Below, in pieces: positions 36,092 through 45,304 of a DNA stretch of 64,000 nucleotides. Each line of letters starts with the position of its first letter. Positions within the stretch are counted from its first letter, which is position 1. The translations under genes were made by a program, and so were the position numbers. The notes below the pieces were generated by a model. The model saw nothing but the letters and a program-made list of their open reading frames with translations. It was not told where the DNA came from and ran no database searches. The stretch spans positions 7,515 to 71,514 of the forward strand of contig CAZFMF010000013.1 of NCBI GenBank assembly GCA_964519985.1, given 5' to 3'. This DNA is from an uncultured Pseudobdellovibrionaceae bacterium (GTDB lineage: Bacteria; Bdellovibrionota; FAC87; UBA2466).

Positions 36092-37234
36092 CTACTCCTT
36101 CTCCGGTAGAAGCGAGCGGGCGATCAATAGACGCATGACTTCGTTCGTTCCGGCGCCGATTTCCATGAGCTTCGCGTCGCGCATGTAGCGTTCGACCGGA
36201 TACTCTTTCATATAGCCGTACCCTCCCAGGATTTGGACCGCATCGAGACCGGCTTGAGTGGCGATCTGTGCGGAAAAAAGTTTGCTCATCGCCCCCAGCG
36301 ACATTTCCCGGTCGCCCCGATCGTAGGCGCGGGCAGCGCCATACACTAGGGCTTTGGCGGCCATAGTTTGCGTCGCCATTTCAGCCAGGCGTTCTTGAAC
36401 CATCTGAAAACTACCGATCGTTTCTCCAAACTGTTTGCGTTCACTCGCGTAGCGCGCCGAATACTGTACGCACGCGTCGGCCACGCCTAGCGAAATGCCC
36501 GAAATAGTAATGCGTTCGATATTGAGGTTTCGCATCATATGCGAAACGCTCGTGTTCTCTTGACCCACGAGGTTCTCGGCGGGCACCTCGCAGTTTTCGA
36601 AGCTCAGCTCCGAGGTGGGGGAGGCGCGCATGCCCATTTTCTTAAGCTTGCGCCCCACTTTGAAGCCGGGGAAATCTTTTTCCACGATGAAAGTGGAAAC
36701 CTCTTTTTTTGAGCTGCCGGTTTTGGCGTAAACCACAAAAACATCGGCCACGGGACCATTGGTGATGAAAGTTTTCGATCCGTTTAAGACGTATTTCCCA
36801 CCGCGTTTTTCCGCCCGCGTTCGCAGTCCCAATGCGTCGCTACCTGCTTCGGGCTCAGTCATGGCCATGGCACCGAACGCCTCCCCGGCGATAAGGCGGG
36901 GAAGGTATTTCTTTTTCTGCGCGGCGGAAGCGTTTTCGTAGAGGTTGTTCACACACAAGATAGTGTGGGCAAGATACGAAAGGGCGGTGGAGGCACAGGC
37001 GTACCCCATTTTTTCCATGGCAATGGTGGCTTCGACACAACCTAGGCCTGCACCACCGAATTCCTCCGAGACCGTGATGCCCAGTAACCCCAACGAAGCC
37101 ATCGTACGGAAAGATTCCCGATTGAAGCCCTCGGTTTCGTCCAGCAACTCGGCTTTGGGGGCGAGTTCCTTCTGAGCAAAGTCCGCGAGGGTTTGCGCTA
37201 GGAGCTCCTGCTCACTCGTCCATTCGTTTTTCAT
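36092..37234 (-). CDS. acyl-CoA dehydrogenase
   Basis: MTEPEAGSDALG, KTFITNG, EIGAGTNEVMRLLIAR. Confidence 0.9.
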   Translation of the reverse strand: MKNEWTSEQELLAQTLADFAQKELAPKAELLDETEGFNRESFRTMASLGLLGITVSEEFGGAGLGCVEATIAMEKMGYACASTALSYLAHTILCVNNLYENASAAQKKKYLPRLIAGEAFGAMAMTEPEAGSDALGLRTRAEKRGGKYVLNGSKTFITNGPVADVFVVYAKTGSSKKEVSTFIVEKDFPGFKVGRKLKKMGMRASPTSELSFENCEVPAENLVGQENTSVSHMMRNLNIERITISGISLGVADACVQYSARYASERKQFGETIGSFQMVQERLAEMATQTMAAKALVYGAARAYDRGDREMSLGAMSKLFSAQIATQAGLDAVQILGGYGYMKEYPVERYMRDAKLMEIGAGTNEVMRLLIARSLLPEKE

Positions 37235-37517
37235 TGGCTCGGATCTCCTGAATCAAACGTTCTTCGGCTTCTAATTTTTCGCTGATGCGTTGGATTTGAC
37301 CGACCAACGGATCGGATGCATCCGGCGGCGTTCCCCCGGCGGTCATCCGTTCGAAGGTTTGCGATCCGAGCAGCATCATCAATCGTTTTCGCTCGCCCAA
37401 CCAATACGCTCCCCGGGCCATGACCACCGCAATTCGGCTCGCCTTGGTGAACCAAAGCGAAAAAGCATTGCGCCAGGCGCGTAAATCTTCTCTCGTAATG
37501 CCCTTGGGTATCTGCAT
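37212..37517 (-). CDS. small hypothetical protein
   Basis: 101-aa ORF heading the acyl-CoA dehydrogenase operon. Charged helical C-terminus. Overlaps the next start by 23 nt. No motif recognised. Confidence 0.45.
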   Translation of the reverse strand: MQIPKGITREDLRAWRNAFSLWFTKASRIAVVMARGAYWLGERKRLMMLLGSQTFERMTAGGTPPDASDPLVGQIQRISEKLEAEERLIQEIRANEKRMDE

Positions 37518-37565
37518 GGCTTGGAGTCGAATCGTACCTTAAGTCACAGGGTACCGACAAACCCC

Positions 37566-39725
37566 TCAACCGCGGGCAAAGATGCGGCGCAGTAGATAGT
37601 ATTCGTTGATCGGCCGGTCGTCCGAAATGTACCACTTGGGATCCCCCAGCACCGACTTCACATCTCCCTCTTTGCCTAAGAACGTCTCCAAGATTTCCCG
37701 GGGGGTTCGGCCGGGGTACCATTCCATTAAATCGGTCTGCGCTTTCGAGGGAATGCGCGCCAAGAGTTCATCCGCGTTACGTACGGGGATGGGTTCACGC
37801 GAGGCGAGATAATGCCATCCCCAGCTTTCGACCGATTGAAAAATGCGAACGTAAGGAAACGAGTTTGAGATGGAGCGGGTGACGGCCTCCAACGTTTTCA
37901 CATCCCCGCCCGGAAACCACTGCGCTAGAATGCCGCCCGGTTTGAGGCGCTGCTTGGCGTCTTCGTAAAACTCGGTGGAGTAGAGCAAGCTTGAACCCGC
38001 GGCTTCCACCGGCGGAGGAGGATCCAAGGTGATTAGATCGAAGCGCTCGTGCGAACGGCGTAAGAAACGCCGGCCGTCGTCGATCACCACATGAGCATTC
38101 GGTTGACGCATCAGCTGTTCGGCATCGTTGAAGTAATAAGGGAAGGCGTCGCGCACGCTGGGCACGAGCTCCGCGACCCATGCATCGATGTCCCAACTGA
38201 GCAGCGACCGAAAAGTAGTGCCCATCCCCATGCAGATGACCAGCGCACTCTTGGGTGCTTGATCCAAGAAGGCGAGCGGCAAATGCGCCATTAGCTTAGT
38301 AATTGGAGTGAGCGTCGTGATACCCACGCCATTGATCAAAAGCTGCTTGTGGGGTCCTTCTCCCGCCGAGATCACGGTGGCGGTGTGATCGCGCCGCACG
38401 ACGGAGTTTTGGCTGACGGCGTGTTCTTCGTACGATCGCGCCGGACCCATGCCCAGCACCAAAAGCACTACCGCGGACCAAGCGGGGGCCATCATTTTTG
38501 CCGGTCGCAACGCGGGGGCCAATACCCACGCAAAGAATGGCAGCGCTAAGAGGATGAGCGAAACTTTGACTCCAACCATCGGTAGTAGCAGATAGCCCGC
38601 CACCAGCGGTCCCAGCACGCAGCCGACGATATTGAACGCGTAGGCGAACCCGCCCCGTCGCGGATCCCCTTGCGAGTAGCGGTCGATCAGCATCGGCGTC
38701 AGATAGCCCAAGACGGCGCAGAACGGGAAAATCGACGTGAGCGCACCCACCCCCCGCAAGACGAGGCGCGGATCATTGATGACCAAAGGCAAGCAAGCGG
38801 TGAGCGCCGCCCAAACGAGCAGGCGGTCCGGTTCGCAAACGTTTTTGCGGGCCAGTGCACGGCGGTAGTAGAAAGAGCCGACCCAAGTGGCGAGCAAGTA
38901 GGTCGCGAGCAACATGGCGAAGGCGTAAATATTAGTGCGCAGTGCCGGCGTGAAGGCACGTGTCCAAACCACTTCCATCGCCATCGAGGCGAAGCCGGTG
39001 AGAAAAAGGATGGCCAGCAATCCATTGGCCCCGGCGACCGATTTGGCTCTGGCTCGCGGCGCAGGGACCTTGCGCTCCCGCACCGGCAACGGCTTTGACC
39101 GATCGGTGACGGCGAGCACGACACTCACGAGGGCGATGAAACCGTTGCAACCCGCGGCGACCCAAAGTGAAGTCGCAAACCCGAACGTTTCAATCAGAAC
39201 AATCGCAGTGAGTAAGGCTCCGGCCATCGCACCGATGACGTTGGCGAGGTACAGGTAACTGAAACTGGTTTGGTTGGTGGGCGCCAGACGTTTGAAGTAG
39301 GCCATCGCGGCCGGAAACGTGGCACCCATCAAAATGCACCACGGCAGGATTGCGGCTGCAATCAGTAGGCCGGAGGCCGCGAGGTAGCGACCGGAATCCA
39401 TATCGCCGAAAGAGAGTAAGAAGGATTCCCCGGCACCGAAAAGCACCGGCAACAAAAAAGCCCCGAGCCCGATGCCGAGCTCAATGACGGCATAGAGCCA
39501 CATGGGTGAGGCGGGGGTGGACGCCACAAAGCGCGCCGCCCGTCCACCGGCCCAAGATCCTAAGGCGAGTCCCACCATAAAAACGGAAAGGACCACCGAA
39601 AGGACCGGCGTCACGATCCCGAAGGACGCAAAGGCCAATCGTAACCAAATGACTTGATAAAGCAGTCCGCAAAAACCGGACAAAATAAATAACAAGAAGA
39701 GAATAACACGGTGGTGCGTTTTCAT
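37566..39725 (-). CDS. fused polytopic membrane / spermidine synthase-like protein
   Basis: Start trimmed to MKTHHRVILFLLFILSGFCGLLYQVIWLR (typical N-terminus). About 12 helices, then an aminopropyltransferase-like domain (ALVICMGMGTT...FDLITLDPPPP). Confidence 0.8.
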   Translation of the reverse strand: MKTHHRVILFLLFILSGFCGLLYQVIWLRLAFASFGIVTPVLSVVLSVFMVGLALGSWAGGRAARFVASTPASPMWLYAVIELGIGLGAFLLPVLFGAGESFLLSFGDMDSGRYLAASGLLIAAAILPWCILMGATFPAAMAYFKRLAPTNQTSFSYLYLANVIGAMAGALLTAIVLIETFGFATSLWVAAGCNGFIALVSVVLAVTDRSKPLPVRERKVPAPRARAKSVAGANGLLAILFLTGFASMAMEVVWTRAFTPALRTNIYAFAMLLATYLLATWVGSFYYRRALARKNVCEPDRLLVWAALTACLPLVINDPRLVLRGVGALTSIFPFCAVLGYLTPMLIDRYSQGDPRRGGFAYAFNIVGCVLGPLVAGYLLLPMVGVKVSLILLALPFFAWVLAPALRPAKMMAPAWSAVVLLVLGMGPARSYEEHAVSQNSVVRRDHTATVISAGEGPHKQLLINGVGITTLTPITKLMAHLPLAFLDQAPKSALVICMGMGTTFRSLLSWDIDAWVAELVPSVRDAFPYYFNDAEQLMRQPNAHVVIDDGRRFLRRSHERFDLITLDPPPPVEAAGSSLLYSTEFYEDAKQRLKPGGILAQWFPGGDVKTLEAVTRSISNSFPYVRIFQSVESWGWHYLASREPIPVRNADELLARIPSKAQTDLMEWYPGRTPREILETFLGKEGDVKSVLGDPKWYISDDRPINEYYLLRRIFARG

Positions 39726-40054
39726 TTTTCGTTCCCCAGAACCGGAGCCGGCTAAGCCATTTTGAGTCTCGCGAAGGGCGAGGTTTGGCAAGAAATTTAA
39801 TGGTCTACAGGCCGCGCGCCGCTCCGGCGCCCGAGTGACTCTTGGAGGGCATGAGTGCGATCGTTCTCGCTCGCCACGAGATTCTTGGTTCGCAAATCTC
39901 ACCAAGGGTCTTTGACCCGGGAGCGACGGCCGATGCGGTTCTCGGGCAAAAAGCCAATTGACATGATGCACTATTTCCGAGACGACGAACGAGTTGGTAA
40001 TGAGACCGAAAGATGGGAGGGGCAATCTCCTACCATCTGATTTGGAGGGGAACA

Positions 40055-40786
40055 ATGTCAAAAAATAGCTGGTGGGTCTTAGGGATGTTGCTAGCGGTGC
40101 CGGGTTTCTCGGCCCCCGCGGAGGAAAGCAAACCGCCCCACGTCGAAGTGCTTTTCGTTTTGGACCAAAGTGCTTGGACCAAGAAACTGCACGAGAACGT
40201 CGCGGTGGGGGTGGAGCCGATCTTTAGAAAGCTGGCCTTTGAAAAGAAAAGTTGGAACGTCGATTTGCGCAGTTACGACGTTCGGTCACTTTACCTAAAG
40301 GAAGGGTCAACCAATTGGTACGACCTTTTGGATTCTCGGTTTTTTGATGCCAAAGAAGGGTCCGCGGAGTTGCAACGTGCACTGAAATCCCTGCGACTTG
40401 AAGCGGAGGGCGCCAAGGTTTCTTCCACGATGCTCGGGGGCCTGTACGAAATCATGCCGATGTCAGTTAAGCACGAAAAGCCATTTCCGAACTTTACGGA
40501 ACGCGTGGCAATTGTCTTGGTGGCGGATTCGCCGGCGACTCTTGCCTCTCCCAAGATTAACGAGAACACCATTCTCACCCGTATCATGAACAATGGGATT
40601 CCGCTCGAGCGGGTCCGGATCTACGGGTTCTTTGGTGGACAAGAGTTTGGTTGCAAGAGCAGTGGTGAACCGTGGCAGTACGCGGGCAGTGCCTACGAGG
40701 TGCTGATTCGCGCCACGGGCGGCGCGGCCTTCTCGGGATGTGGTGACACCGAAGCGGCTTTCAATAAGATCGCGCAGTTCCTATAG
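40055..40786 (+). CDS. exported protein, unknown function (possibly degenerate VWA-like fold)
   Basis: GGAGGGG Shine-Dalgarno sequence and signal peptide MSKNSWWVLGMLLAVPGFSAPA. VEVLFVLDQSAW resembles a MIDAS-region strand (weak). Confidence 0.6.
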   Translation: MSKNSWWVLGMLLAVPGFSAPAEESKPPHVEVLFVLDQSAWTKKLHENVAVGVEPIFRKLAFEKKSWNVDLRSYDVRSLYLKEGSTNWYDLLDSRFFDAKEGSAELQRALKSLRLEAEGAKVSSTMLGGLYEIMPMSVKHEKPFPNFTERVAIVLVADSPATLASPKINENTILTRIMNNGIPLERVRIYGFFGGQEFGCKSSGEPWQYAGSAYEVLIRATGGAAFSGCGDTEAAFNKIAQFL

Positions 40787-40799
40787 AGGGATACAAAAC

Positions 40800-41945
40800 G
40801 TGTGGCGGTGGGGATTCTGTCTTTTCTTTCTCGCCTCGGCGAGCGGGAAGGGCGCGAACTCAGAATGTGCTGACCGCCTGCCAGTCCTTCGCCAGCAGTT
40901 GGCGGCGATACTCCCCAGCGTTCCCAGCTTTCTGCACGTGAATGGTCAGGGGGTGTCGGTTCCCGTCTTGCTTTTTAACCGCACGACGTTTTCTCGGATC
41001 GAGCCATTTCTTTCGCAAACCTATTCCACGGCGATCGAGTTTTGGAACTACAAAGGGTTCGCTACCAAGGACCACGGACTTCTCGGTCTGGGGCGGCGTT
41101 TGATTGATGTGAACCCCGTGGATCGGCGTCGCGAAGGACGCTACGGTTATAGCTGGGAGTCGACGGTGCGCTGGCGCCAGCTAGCGACTTACCTGGAGGG
41201 CCGACGCGCCGGTTTCGAGCAAAAAAAGCCCAATGCCGCCCAAATCGCTCAAGTGGTATTCGTTCCCGAACGTCGCGACGATTTCGATGCGATCGAGGTG
41301 TACCATCGCCTGCGGCGGGGAGCATTTTTTGTGACCGACCAAAGGGTCGACTCCAATCCGTGTCGACGCCTAGGACCTGAATATCACCTGCAGGCCGCCG
41401 AGAATTGCTTCGAGTTTGGAACCGGCGCTTTCAATCCTGTGCACCTGGCGCAGCTGCGTCACCTCCTAGCCGAGTTCGGGGTGAGGGACGCGGACGCTTT
41501 GCTCGCTGAGCCGAAAGTCCTTTCCTTCCTTCGGCAATTTCGCGAGGAGCTCCTTGCCATTCCCCTGGAAGATCCCACGCTGTCGATGGATCCGGAACGG
41601 GAACGCGGGCTATTGGGACCTCAATTGCTTTGGAAGGATCGCTACCGCGAATGGCTCGCGCCTTGGACCGAAGGTCTTACCTTGCAACAAAGGGATCGTT
41701 TTTCTCGGTTGGTATTTGGGTATGCCGCATTCCGGGAGTTTGGACGCGCCGTGGGGGCATTGGACCTCACGGGGGCCCGAGTTCCGGTTATGCAAAATGG
41801 CAAAGAAGTGGCGCGGATCAATGATTTTCTAAACGTTTCCAACCCACGGGTTTTGATGGTTTTGATTTACGACGCCAATGTGCGTGAGGAAGATTTTGTC
41901 CGTGAGCGTTACCGCGCCCAGGGACATGTACACCGCTTTCCGTAG
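40800..41945 (+). CDS. exported protein, unknown function
   Basis: GTG 40800 after an AGAGGG Shine-Dalgarno sequence. N-terminus VWRWGFCLFFLASASG. No motif recognised. Confidence 0.55.
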   Translation: MWRWGFCLFFLASASGKGANSECADRLPVLRQQLAAILPSVPSFLHVNGQGVSVPVLLFNRTTFSRIEPFLSQTYSTAIEFWNYKGFATKDHGLLGLGRRLIDVNPVDRRREGRYGYSWESTVRWRQLATYLEGRRAGFEQKKPNAAQIAQVVFVPERRDDFDAIEVYHRLRRGAFFVTDQRVDSNPCRRLGPEYHLQAAENCFEFGTGAFNPVHLAQLRHLLAEFGVRDADALLAEPKVLSFLRQFREELLAIPLEDPTLSMDPERERGLLGPQLLWKDRYREWLAPWTEGLTLQQRDRFSRLVFGYAAFREFGRAVGALDLTGARVPVMQNGKEVARINDFLNVSNPRVLMVLIYDANVREEDFVRERYRAQGHVHRFP

Positions 41946-42050
41946 TTTGGGCTTTGTAGGGGGGATCATGGTACGTTTCGCGATTCGGTCTCGTAGGCTA
42001 GTGGCGCTGACTCTAATGATAGGTCCGTTTTCTCTGGCCTATCCGCCCGC

Positions 42051-42254
42051 GTGGGATCACGAAACTCCTCTCCGGCGTTCGCGACTGCGAGATCGACCGA
42101 TATCCCCGCGGCTTCGCCCGGGAAAGATCGTTGCGTCGATTTTCTCCGTCTCAAGGGCTACTTCGAAGCCGAGGCGCGGGCGCGCGGGATCTCGATGCAT
42201 GAATTGGATACCGACGTTTGGATGCAGCGAGCGGTGAGAAAAAAGAGACCTTGA
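42051..42254 (+). CDS. possible small ribbon-helix-helix-like ORF (doubtful)
   Basis: The C-terminal RCVDFLRLKGYFEAEARARGISMHELDTDVWMQRAV has a strand-helix-helix RHH-like pattern. The N-terminus is low complexity. Its stop overlaps the -35 of the vapB promoter. Confidence 0.25.
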   Translation: MGSRNSSPAFATARSTDIPAASPGKDRCVDFLRLKGYFEAEARARGISMHELDTDVWMQRAVRKKRP

Positions 42255-42288
42255 CAATGCATATCATTAATGCATAATCATATGCATG
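42251..42288 (+). promoter_or_regulatory. vapBC promoter (TTGACA-N16-CATAAT) interleaved with three ATGCAT palindromes; probably a leaderless vapB mRNA
   Basis: -35 at 42251-42256 and -10 at 42273-42278. ATGCAT at 42257, 42270 and 42282, with ATGCATAT/ATATGCAT outer inverted repeat. The ATG at 42286 lies 8 nt after the -10 with no Shine-Dalgarno sequence. Confidence 0.55.
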
Positions 42289-42471
42289 AGAACTACGCTA
42301 ATCTTAAAGGAAGATATTCTGAAAAAGGCGCAAGAGGCCACCGGCATCATGGAAAAGACTGCCCTCATTCATAAGGGGTTGGAGGCGCTGATCCGACAGG
42401 CCGCGATTGAGCGATTGATCAAGATAGGGGGCACGGATTCGAAGGCGACGGCCGGTAGGCGCAGACGGTGA
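42286..42471 (+). CDS. vapB: type II antitoxin, VapB (DUF2191-like) family
   Basis: MRTTLILKEDILKKAQEATGIMEKTALIHKGLEALI is the typical VapB N-terminus. Its stop overlaps the vapC GTG (GTGA). Confidence 0.8.
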   Translation: MRTTLILKEDILKKAQEATGIMEKTALIHKGLEALIRQAAIERLIKIGGTDSKATAGRRRR

Positions 42472-42827
42472 AGGTTCTGGTCGATACGTCGGTTTGGATT
42501 GGGCACCTCAAGTCGCCCGTACATTTGTTGAGTGCGCTTCTGGCAAATCAGCAGGTTCTCTCTCATAGCGCGGTGGTTGGGGAATTGGCGTGCGGTAACT
42601 TGAAAAATCGCTCCCAGTTTTTGAGTGACTTAATTTTGCTCCCCGCGGCCACTGAGGCGACTCCTTCGCTGACTTTGGAGTTCATTGAAAGACATGGCCT
42701 ATCCGGCTCGGGTCTGGGCTGGGTCGATGTCCAATTGCTAGCGAGCGCAAAGCTTTCGGACGCAAGACTATTGAGTCGAGATCGGCGTCTTGGCAAGGTG
42801 GCGGTGCGACTTGAGCTTGCGGCTTGA
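42468..42827 (+). CDS. vapC: type II toxin, PIN-domain ribonuclease VapC
   Basis: MKVLVDTSVWI (first acidic residue), ...VVGELACG..., GLGWVDVQLLASA, LLSRDRRL. Confidence 0.85.
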   Translation: MKVLVDTSVWIGHLKSPVHLLSALLANQQVLSHSAVVGELACGNLKNRSQFLSDLILLPAATEATPSLTLEFIERHGLSGSGLGWVDVQLLASAKLSDARLLSRDRRLGKVAVRLELAA

Positions 42828-42848
42828 GCTCCCATCGCCCGCTTACCA

Positions 42849-43031
42849 TCTCGTCTCGGCCCTCTCTGGGGTCGAGCGGGCCTCTTGCGCACCCAACTGT
42901 TGTCGCTCGGTCATAAAGCTAGAATCGCCGATGCTCTCATTGCCCAGAGCTGTTTAGACCATAAACTGCAACTGATTACTCGCGACCGAGATTTCCTGCC
43001 CTTCGAAAAGATCGCCGGCTTAAAGCTGTGA
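42849..43031 (+). pseudogene. 3' remnant of a second PIN-domain (VapC-like) toxin gene
   Basis: Own translation in frame with TGA 43029-43031 gives ...LWGRAGLLRTQLLSLGHKARIADALIAQSCLDHKLQLITRDRDFLPFEKIAGLKL*. This is the conserved C-terminal half of VapC (LxTxDxDF). There is no N-terminal half, no cognate antitoxin and no plausible start. The 5' boundary is approximate. Confidence 0.55.
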
Positions 43032-43062
43032 CCGACGGCGATTGAGTGATGGATCAACGCCG

Positions 43063-43863
43063 CTAGTACCCCGACGGCACCGCCGGTGCGGCGGGTGCCG
43101 GTGTCGGATTCGCCGAGGGCCGCGGCAGTGCGTAAGTTTGGCGCGGCGGCACGGGGTAATACCCGCTCGACAAGATTCGCCGTGGAGCCGGGCTGACCGG
43201 ATTCGAGAAATGTTGCGTTGGCGGGCGTGAGCCCGAGGAATAGTGGGTCGTGGCTGGCCTATTGATCACCCTTCGGCCGTACGCATCGTAGGTGGTCACC
43301 GTATCGGATCGGACGGGGGTCCCGGAGACCCCGTAGATCACCGTGCGGTGAATTGGGTAGCTGTTGTCGTTCGCACTCTTAGGTGCCACACCTTGGACAT
43401 TGAACTGGCCATACTCGGGATCGAACTCATCGTCTCGGCCGGTATGAGGCCGAGTGGAAGGCTTGTTAACTACGCGACGCACAATTCCATAAGACTGATT
43501 GTCGTAGGGGTTTCGGTCGAGCTGGCGTTCGAGTTCCAGCATGCGGCCATGATCGATTTCGTAGGAAACCATTGCCCCGCGGCTATCGAAGATGTGGGTG
43601 CGCTCTCTGCTCGAACGTTGAATCTCGTCGTATTGTTCTCGGGAAACCCAAACTCCGGTCGCCTCTACATAGTCTTCCCCGCGAAGGTGGCGAACTTGGG
43701 CGCTCGGCTTCTTAAAAGGAACGTAGACCTGTTCGCCCGTATAAGTGGGGCGGGTCTGAACCGGCGCCGAATAGGTTACCGTCTCGGCTTTTAGCTCCGC
43801 GGCGAAAAGACAGAATAAGCTGGCCGTTGCCACCAGACTCTTCCAATAGAATTCGACTTTCAT
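43063..43863 (-). CDS. exported protein, unknown function, Pro-rich C-terminus
   Basis: ATG 43863 with a GAGG Shine-Dalgarno sequence. Signal peptide MKVEFYWKSLVATASLFCLFAAELKA. Confidence 0.65.
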   Translation of the reverse strand: MKVEFYWKSLVATASLFCLFAAELKAETVTYSAPVQTRPTYTGEQVYVPFKKPSAQVRHLRGEDYVEATGVWVSREQYDEIQRSSRERTHIFDSRGAMVSYEIDHGRMLELERQLDRNPYDNQSYGIVRRVVNKPSTRPHTGRDDEFDPEYGQFNVQGVAPKSANDNSYPIHRTVIYGVSGTPVRSDTVTTYDAYGRRVINRPATTHYSSGSRPPTQHFSNPVSPAPRRILSSGYYPVPPRQTYALPRPSANPTPAPAAPAVPSGY

Positions 43864-44082
43864 GGGTAACCTCACTTTTCCGCCGAGGTACCTGAACGCA
43901 AAGGAAGAGACAACTGAAATCTCGCGCCAGAAGCCGCTTGGAGAGGGAGCGTGAGCAAACCGAAACTTCAGCCTTCGGGCAAGGTTAACGGTATTTTGTC
44001 CGTGAATTGACTTTTTCAGGCGCGACTCCCAACGATGGTCCCAATGGAGGCTTTTCGGTCTTTAAGATCGGGTTTCCGCAAA

Positions 44083-44108
44083 GGGGGGCGCAAACGCGCC
44101 CCTTTTTT
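44083..44108. terminator. GC-rich hairpin with T-run (GGGGGGCGC-AAAC-GCGCCCC-TTTTTT)
   Basis: Lies just downstream of the EEP gene stop (44125, minus strand). The U-run is on the plus-strand side, so it is either bidirectional or ends an unannotated plus-strand transcript. Confidence 0.5.
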
Positions 44109-44124
44109 GAGACGCCTTTGAAGG

Positions 44125-45078
44125 CTACGGCGTTTCGGCCAGCTCGACTTCCGCAAACGCCCCATAATGATCCGAGAGTGGGGACTCGAGCTCTTTCATC
44201 GTCTCATTCAAAACAATCTGCGCGCGCTTGGCCTCGAGGCGCGCCGATTTTCCATTGTGGATGAGGATGTGATCGATTCGATCGGAAGGGTCGTTCGGAA
44301 AACGCCCTGTTTTGATCAAAGGATTTTCGCGATCCCAGGTGGGTTCGGCGACTTTGAGGGTCTCGAAGACATCGTTCATATCTAATGCTTTAATCAAGAA
44401 ATCGAACTCCGCCTTTCCGAGGGCTGGACCGACATTGAAATCTCCGACGACTAGAAAGGGATGTCCTTTTTCCTTCCAAACGGCGGTCGTTTTCTTAAGC
44501 AGTTCCGATTGGCCTTGATGCGCTTTCGTGGCGGCGCGATCTTTGGAAACGCCGGTTTCGCTATTTACGGTCAGGACTTGGAGATGCGTGTTGAGAATAT
44601 CCAGACTTACCGTCGGATGTTTCCGAGGTGAGAGTTCAATACTTAAGGCGCCCTTTCCGCTGAGCACTTCGGCGCCCGATTTGATCGCGTTTTCAAACGG
44701 GACAAAGTGCACGCCGTCATCGGATAGCGTTAGATCATCCTTCTTAAAGGCCGTGACCAAGCCCGACGAAATCCCGACACCGCTCTTGTGGGCGGGACGA
44801 ATCACCTCGTAACCCGCTTTCTCCAGTGCGGCGGCGATGTCTTTAGCATGATCATTTTCCCAGACCTCCTGAAGGGCGAGAACCGTCACTTTGTTCTTCT
44901 CGGCGAAATCGACCAAGGCCGCGGGCAAAACCTTCGCTCTCCCGTTCACATTCTTAACCAGATCTCCGACAAATTGCGCACGCAGCAGGCCAAGATTGTA
45001 GGTCAGCACGGAGATCGTTTGGCCCCGACAGGGGGTGAGGGTGAGGACGAAAGCTAGGAATAGGCCGATGACGCGCAT
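44125..45078 (-). CDS. exported endonuclease/exonuclease/phosphatase (EEP) family protein, sphingomyelinase-like
   Basis: Start trimmed to MRVIGLFLAFVLTLTPCRG. LTYNLG..., LALQEVW, VVGDFN, DRIDHILI, SDHYG motifs. Confidence 0.8.
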   Translation of the reverse strand: MRVIGLFLAFVLTLTPCRGQTISVLTYNLGLLRAQFVGDLVKNVNGRAKVLPAALVDFAEKNKVTVLALQEVWENDHAKDIAAALEKAGYEVIRPAHKSGVGISSGLVTAFKKDDLTLSDDGVHFVPFENAIKSGAEVLSGKGALSIELSPRKHPTVSLDILNTHLQVLTVNSETGVSKDRAATKAHQGQSELLKKTTAVWKEKGHPFLVVGDFNVGPALGKAEFDFLIKALDMNDVFETLKVAEPTWDRENPLIKTGRFPNDPSDRIDHILIHNGKSARLEAKRAQIVLNETMKELESPLSDHYGAFAEVELAETP

Positions 45079-45175
45079 GGGGGGTCTCCGAATCGGCGAA
45101 CTATATATAGGAAACGGGGTTTTGCCGCAACTACCCGGCCCCTCTAGATCCCGGGCCGGGCTACGCTGATGGAGT

Positions 45176-45262
45176 ATCGGTAGGCCGCAAACCAACCTCC
45201 CATAAAGGAACCGAATTTTGACTCCGACTAGACTAGCGTCTTAATGGGCGATAGACGCGAGG
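45176..45262 (-). pseudogene. decayed partial copy of tRNA-Leu(CAA)
   Basis: 45197-45228 matches 46053-46084 (variable and anticodon arms of the intact tRNA-Leu) at 27 of 32 positions, same strand. The D-arm region is loosely similar. No canonical T-arm or acceptor stem can be folded. Confidence 0.35.
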
Positions 45263-45304
45263 GGCGGTTGCGCCGATTTGCGCTATCGGCTAGAAGTCCG
45301 CGTG

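Noticed and set aside
41878-42237. 119-aa ORF in the gap before vapB.
   Set aside because: Arg/Ser/Pro-rich product with no Shine-Dalgarno sequence and no motif. It overlaps the slightly more plausible RHH-like frame. Treated as non-coding.
45127-45141. Minus-strand GGGCCG-N5-TTGCGG upstream of the EEP gene as another sigma-54 promoter.
   Set aside because: GG and TTGC are correctly spaced, but three of six -24 positions mismatch. Too weak to list as a feature.
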